64,000 bases of DNA from NCBI GenBank assembly GCA_963805625.1, contig CAWDVE010000014.1, positions 32,001 to 96,000 of the forward strand, written 5' to 3'. The position numbers were made by a program, and so were the translations under genes. Below the pieces are notes generated by a model. The model was not told the DNA's origin and did no database searches. It saw only the letters and a program-made list of their open reading frames with translations. Positions 60,995 to 64,000 of this stretch are shown piece after piece; positions within the stretch are counted from its first letter, which is position 1; each line of letters opens with the position of its first letter. The DNA is from an uncultured Candidatus Rokubacteria bacterium. GTDB taxonomy: Bacteria > Methylomirabilota > Methylomirabilia > Rokubacteriales > DASRDR01.

Positions 60995-63900
60995 GTGTAC
61001 TTCGACTCGCGGCTCTGGGCGCTCACCGCAGGCGTGCGCGGTCGCATCGCGGCCTCCGTCCTCGTCGGACTGGCCGCGGTCGCGGCCGGCATCGCGCGGC
61101 TCGCGCTCCTCGGATGGCTCCTCGCGCGCGTCCTGGCTGGAGAGTCCCTCCCTTCGCTTCTCCCCGCCATTGCGCTCACGGCAGTCGCCCTCGGGATCCG
61201 GAGCGTGTTGGACTACGCGCGCACGATGGTGGCACATCACACCGCGATGCAGGTGCAGACCCGTCTACGGCAGACCTTGTATACCCACGTGGCGGACCTC
61301 GGGCCCGCCCACTTCGCCCGCGCTCGTACCGGCGACGTGCTGCTCTCCCTCGTCGAGGGCGTGCAGCAGCTCGAAGTCTATTTTGGTCAGTATCTGCCGC
61401 AGCTGTTCGTCGCCGCCCTGACACCGCTCCTCATCTTCGCATTCGTCGTCTTCATGGACCTCCCGGTCGCCCTTGTGCTGCTGGTGGCGGCGGTGATCAT
61501 TCTGCTCGCGCCGACGCTCTGGCACCGCTGGGATCGTGAGGCCAGTCTCGCCCGCAACCGAGCCTACGCGGCTTACGGAGCCGACTTCCTGGACGCGGTC
61601 CAGGGCCTCGCCACCCTCAAGGCGTTCGGCCAGAGCACCGCCCGCGCCCGCCAGCTCGACGAGCGCGCCCGCGATCTCTTCCAGAGCACGATGTGGGTCC
61701 TCGGGACCAACACGCTCGCGCGCGGGATCACCGACACCGGGATCGCCGTGGGAGCGGCGGCCGCCCTCGGACTCGGGGCCTGGCGGGTCAGCACCGGCGC
61801 CATGTCTCTGCCGTCCCTGCTCGTGATCCTAATGCTCGGCGTGGAGGTGTTCCGGCCGCTGCGCGAGCTGCGTGTCCTCCTGCACCAGGGCATGCTGGGG
61901 TTGGCCGCCGCCCGCGGGATCTTCGCCCTTCTCGATGCCAGGCCGGCCGTCCGCGACCGCGTGCCCGGGCCGGAACCGATTGACGCCAGCGTGGCCTTCG
62001 AGGACGTGACGTTCGCCTACCCGGGTGGTCGGCGCCCTGCCCACATTGGGCTGAGCTTCTCGGTGAGACCGGGTGAGCGGGTCGGGATCGTGGGCCCGAG
62101 CGGATCCGGCAAATCCACCGTGGTTCGGCTCCTCCTCCGGTTTCACGACCCGGATCTCGGGCGTGTCACCGTCGGCGGTCGCGATCTGCGTGAGCTGAGC
62201 CTCGACCAGATCCGCGGCCGCATCGCGGTCGTCAACCAGGACACGTGGCTCTTCCACGGGACTATCGAGGAGAACATCAGGATGGGGAGGCCAATCGCCC
62301 GTCCCGATGAGCTTCGTGACGCGGCTCGTGCCGCCAATGCCGAGGCGTTCATCGTTCGACTCCCCCATGGCTATGCGACGGTCGTCGGCGAACGCGGCGT
62401 GAGGCTGTCGGGCGGTCAGCGCCAGCGCATCGCGATCGCCCGGGCGCTGCTGCGCGATGCCCCGATCCTGCTGCTCGACGAGGCGCTCTCGTCGGTCGAC
62501 GCGGAGAGCGAGGCTCTCATCCAGGCCGCGCTCGGCCGACTGATGGCGGGGCGCACCACGCTCGTGTTCGCCCACCGGCTGTCCAGCGTGATCGGCGCCG
62601 ATCGGATTCTCGTCCTGGACGAGGGACACCTGGCGGAACAGGGCACGCACACGGGGCTGCTGGCGCGTGGCGGCGTGTATGCGCGCCTCATGGCTGGCCA
62701 GGCGCGCGACGCGGCGGCGCCGGGAAATCACGGGGCCGGACCGGGCGCGGGGAACGACGCCGCGCCGACGGGAGGCCTCGCGATCGATGGCGCGCCGCCC
62801 GTCTCGGAGGACGATGCCACGCCGACGGCGGCGGGCGATCACGCGACCCAACCCGCGCTGGGGGCGTTGGAGACGATCGTCAGTGGCGATGTCGGCTGGC
62901 ACGCCGTTCTCCAGACGCTGCTTGCTAAGACGCGCGGCTACCGTAGCCGACTGGGGCTGACCTTCGTGCTTGGCGTGGCGCGCGTGACCGCGCTGATCGG
63001 GGTCGGCGTGCTCAGCGCGCTCGCCGTCCGTGCCGTCAAGCACGGCGAGCCGACCGGGATGCTGCTGGCCGGCCTCTTCGTGGTGGCGCCGTTGGCCGGC
63101 GTCCTCCACTGGGTGGAGTCCTGGCTCGCCCACGACGTCGCGTACCGGCTCCTGGCCGACATGCGGCGTGCCGTCTTCCGCAAGCTGGACGCACTCGCAC
63201 CCGCTTACCTCACGGGCCGGCGCACGGGGGACTTGGCCGCCGTCGCGACCCACGATGTCGAGCTGATCGAGTACTTCTTCGCGCACACGGTGACCCCGGC
63301 CCTCGTGGCCATCCTCGTCCCCGCCGCCGTCCTTGCGGCGCTCGCCACGTTCGCTTGGGAGCTGGCGCTCATGCTCGTGCCCTTTCTGCTCTACACCGCG
63401 CTCGTGCCCATTCTCGGCCGCGCCCAGATCGATCGGCTCGGCTCCCGCGCCCGGGAGGCGTCCGGCGACCTCGGGGCGCACGTGGTGGACACCGTGCAGG
63501 GGATCGCCGAGATCGTCGCCTACGGCCGTGTTCGCGCCTGGGGCGAGGCACTCGGCGCCAAGGCTCGGCGCTTCTTCGAGCTGCGGCGACCTTTCCTTCG
63601 CGACCTTGCCTTGCAGAGCTCGCTCCAGGAGACGACAACGGGTTTCGGCGGGCTGGCCGTGATCGCGGTCGGCGCCTGGCTCGTTCAGCAGGGACGTCTC
63701 GATCCCGGTGTGCTCCCCCTGCTCACTCTGCTCTCGCTGTCCGCCTTCGTCCCGCTGTGGGAGGTCGCGCAGGTGGGCCGCCAGCTCGCCGATACTCTTG
63801 GCGCCGCGCGCCGCCTCCACGCGGTCGAGACGGAGCCGGTGCCAGTGACCGATGGCCCGAGTGTGCAGGGTGTCGCCTCACGCGGCGACGGAATCGCCGT

Positions 63901-64000
63901 CGAGCTGGAGGACGTGCACTTCACCTATCCCGGCCGCGCCCGGCTCGCTCTCGACGGCGTTTCGCTCCGCGTGACTGCCGGCAGCACCGTCGCCTTGGTC
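60995..64000 (+). CDS. Fused full-length ABC exporter (TMD-NBD-TMD-NBD, CydDC/IrtAB-like), runs off the window
   Basis: GTG start; GPSGSGKST, LSGGQRQR, LLLDE; an Ala/Gly/Pro linker continues in frame into a second TMD and the start of a second NBD. Confidence 0.9.
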   Translation, partial: MYFDSRLWALTAGVRGRIAASVLVGLAAVAAGIARLALLGWLLARVLAGESLPSLLPAIALTAVALGIRSVLDYARTMVAHHTAMQVQTRLRQTLYTHVADLGPAHFARARTGDVLLSLVEGVQQLEVYFGQYLPQLFVAALTPLLIFAFVVFMDLPVALVLLVAAVIILLAPTLWHRWDREASLARNRAYAAYGADFLDAVQGLATLKAFGQSTARARQLDERARDLFQSTMWVLGTNTLARGITDTGIAVGAAAALGLGAWRVSTGAMSLPSLLVILMLGVEVFRPLRELRVLLHQGMLGLAAARGIFALLDARPAVRDRVPGPEPIDASVAFEDVTFAYPGGRRPAHIGLSFSVRPGERVGIVGPSGSGKSTVVRLLLRFHDPDLGRVTVGGRDLRELSLDQIRGRIAVVNQDTWLFHGTIEENIRMGRPIARPDELRDAARAANAEAFIVRLPHGYATVVGERGVRLSGGQRQRIAIARALLRDAPILLLDEALSSVDAESEALIQAALGRLMAGRTTLVFAHRLSSVIGADRILVLDEGHLAEQGTHTGLLARGGVYARLMAGQARDAAAPGNHGAGPGAGNDAAPTGGLAIDGAPPVSEDDATPTAAGDHATQPALGALETIVSGDVGWHAVLQTLLAKTRGYRSRLGLTFVLGVARVTALIGVGVLSALAVRAVKHGEPTGMLLAGLFVVAPLAGVLHWVESWLAHDVAYRLLADMRRAVFRKLDALAPAYLTGRRTGDLAAVATHDVELIEYFFAHTVTPALVAILVPAAVLAALATFAWELALMLVPFLLYTALVPILGRAQIDRLGSRAREASGDLGAHVVDTVQGIAEIVAYGRVRAWGEALGAKARRFFELRRPFLRDLALQSSLQETTTGFGGLAVIAVGAWLVQQGRLDPGVLPLLTLLSLSAFVPLWEVAQVGRQLADTLGAARRLHAVETEPVPVTDGPSVQGVASRGDGIAVELEDVHFTYPGRARLALDGVSLRVTAGSTVALV

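Overview
Very GC-rich bacterial window. The gene content (ABC_sub_bind-type substrate-binding proteins, adenylate-cyclase/AAA/TPR proteins, integrase-core IS elements) suggests Ca. Rokubacteria/Methylomirabilota, but this is inference only. About 1-53 kb is a decayed accessory mosaic. It contains an intact large serine recombinase whose C-terminus and stop codon are encoded antisense to an intact tRNA-Glu(TTC), and an orphan 3' half of a different tRNA-Glu(CTC) next to a tyrosine-integrase tail. It also holds recurring TGCCAC tandem repeats, several IS elements or remnants (IS3, IS630, IS256, IS1634, two IS481-like/integrase-core) and many abutting gene fragments. Intact modules sit among the debris: a split two-subunit PEP-synthase-like dikinase with an MFS transporter, ppk1/ppgK, a LuxR-hydrolase-flavoprotein operon, a sugar ABC importer, and an ECF sigma/anti-sigma pair divergent from a beta-propeller-cupredoxin gene with two matching ECF promoters. 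From 53.3 kb the DNA is clean: sufBCDSUT plus an Rrf2 regulator, a DUF6582-like/class III cyclase fusion, and a fused (TMD-NBD)2 ABC exporter that runs off the window. No CRISPR array or rRNA was seen. All family calls come from reading motifs by eye; no searches were run.
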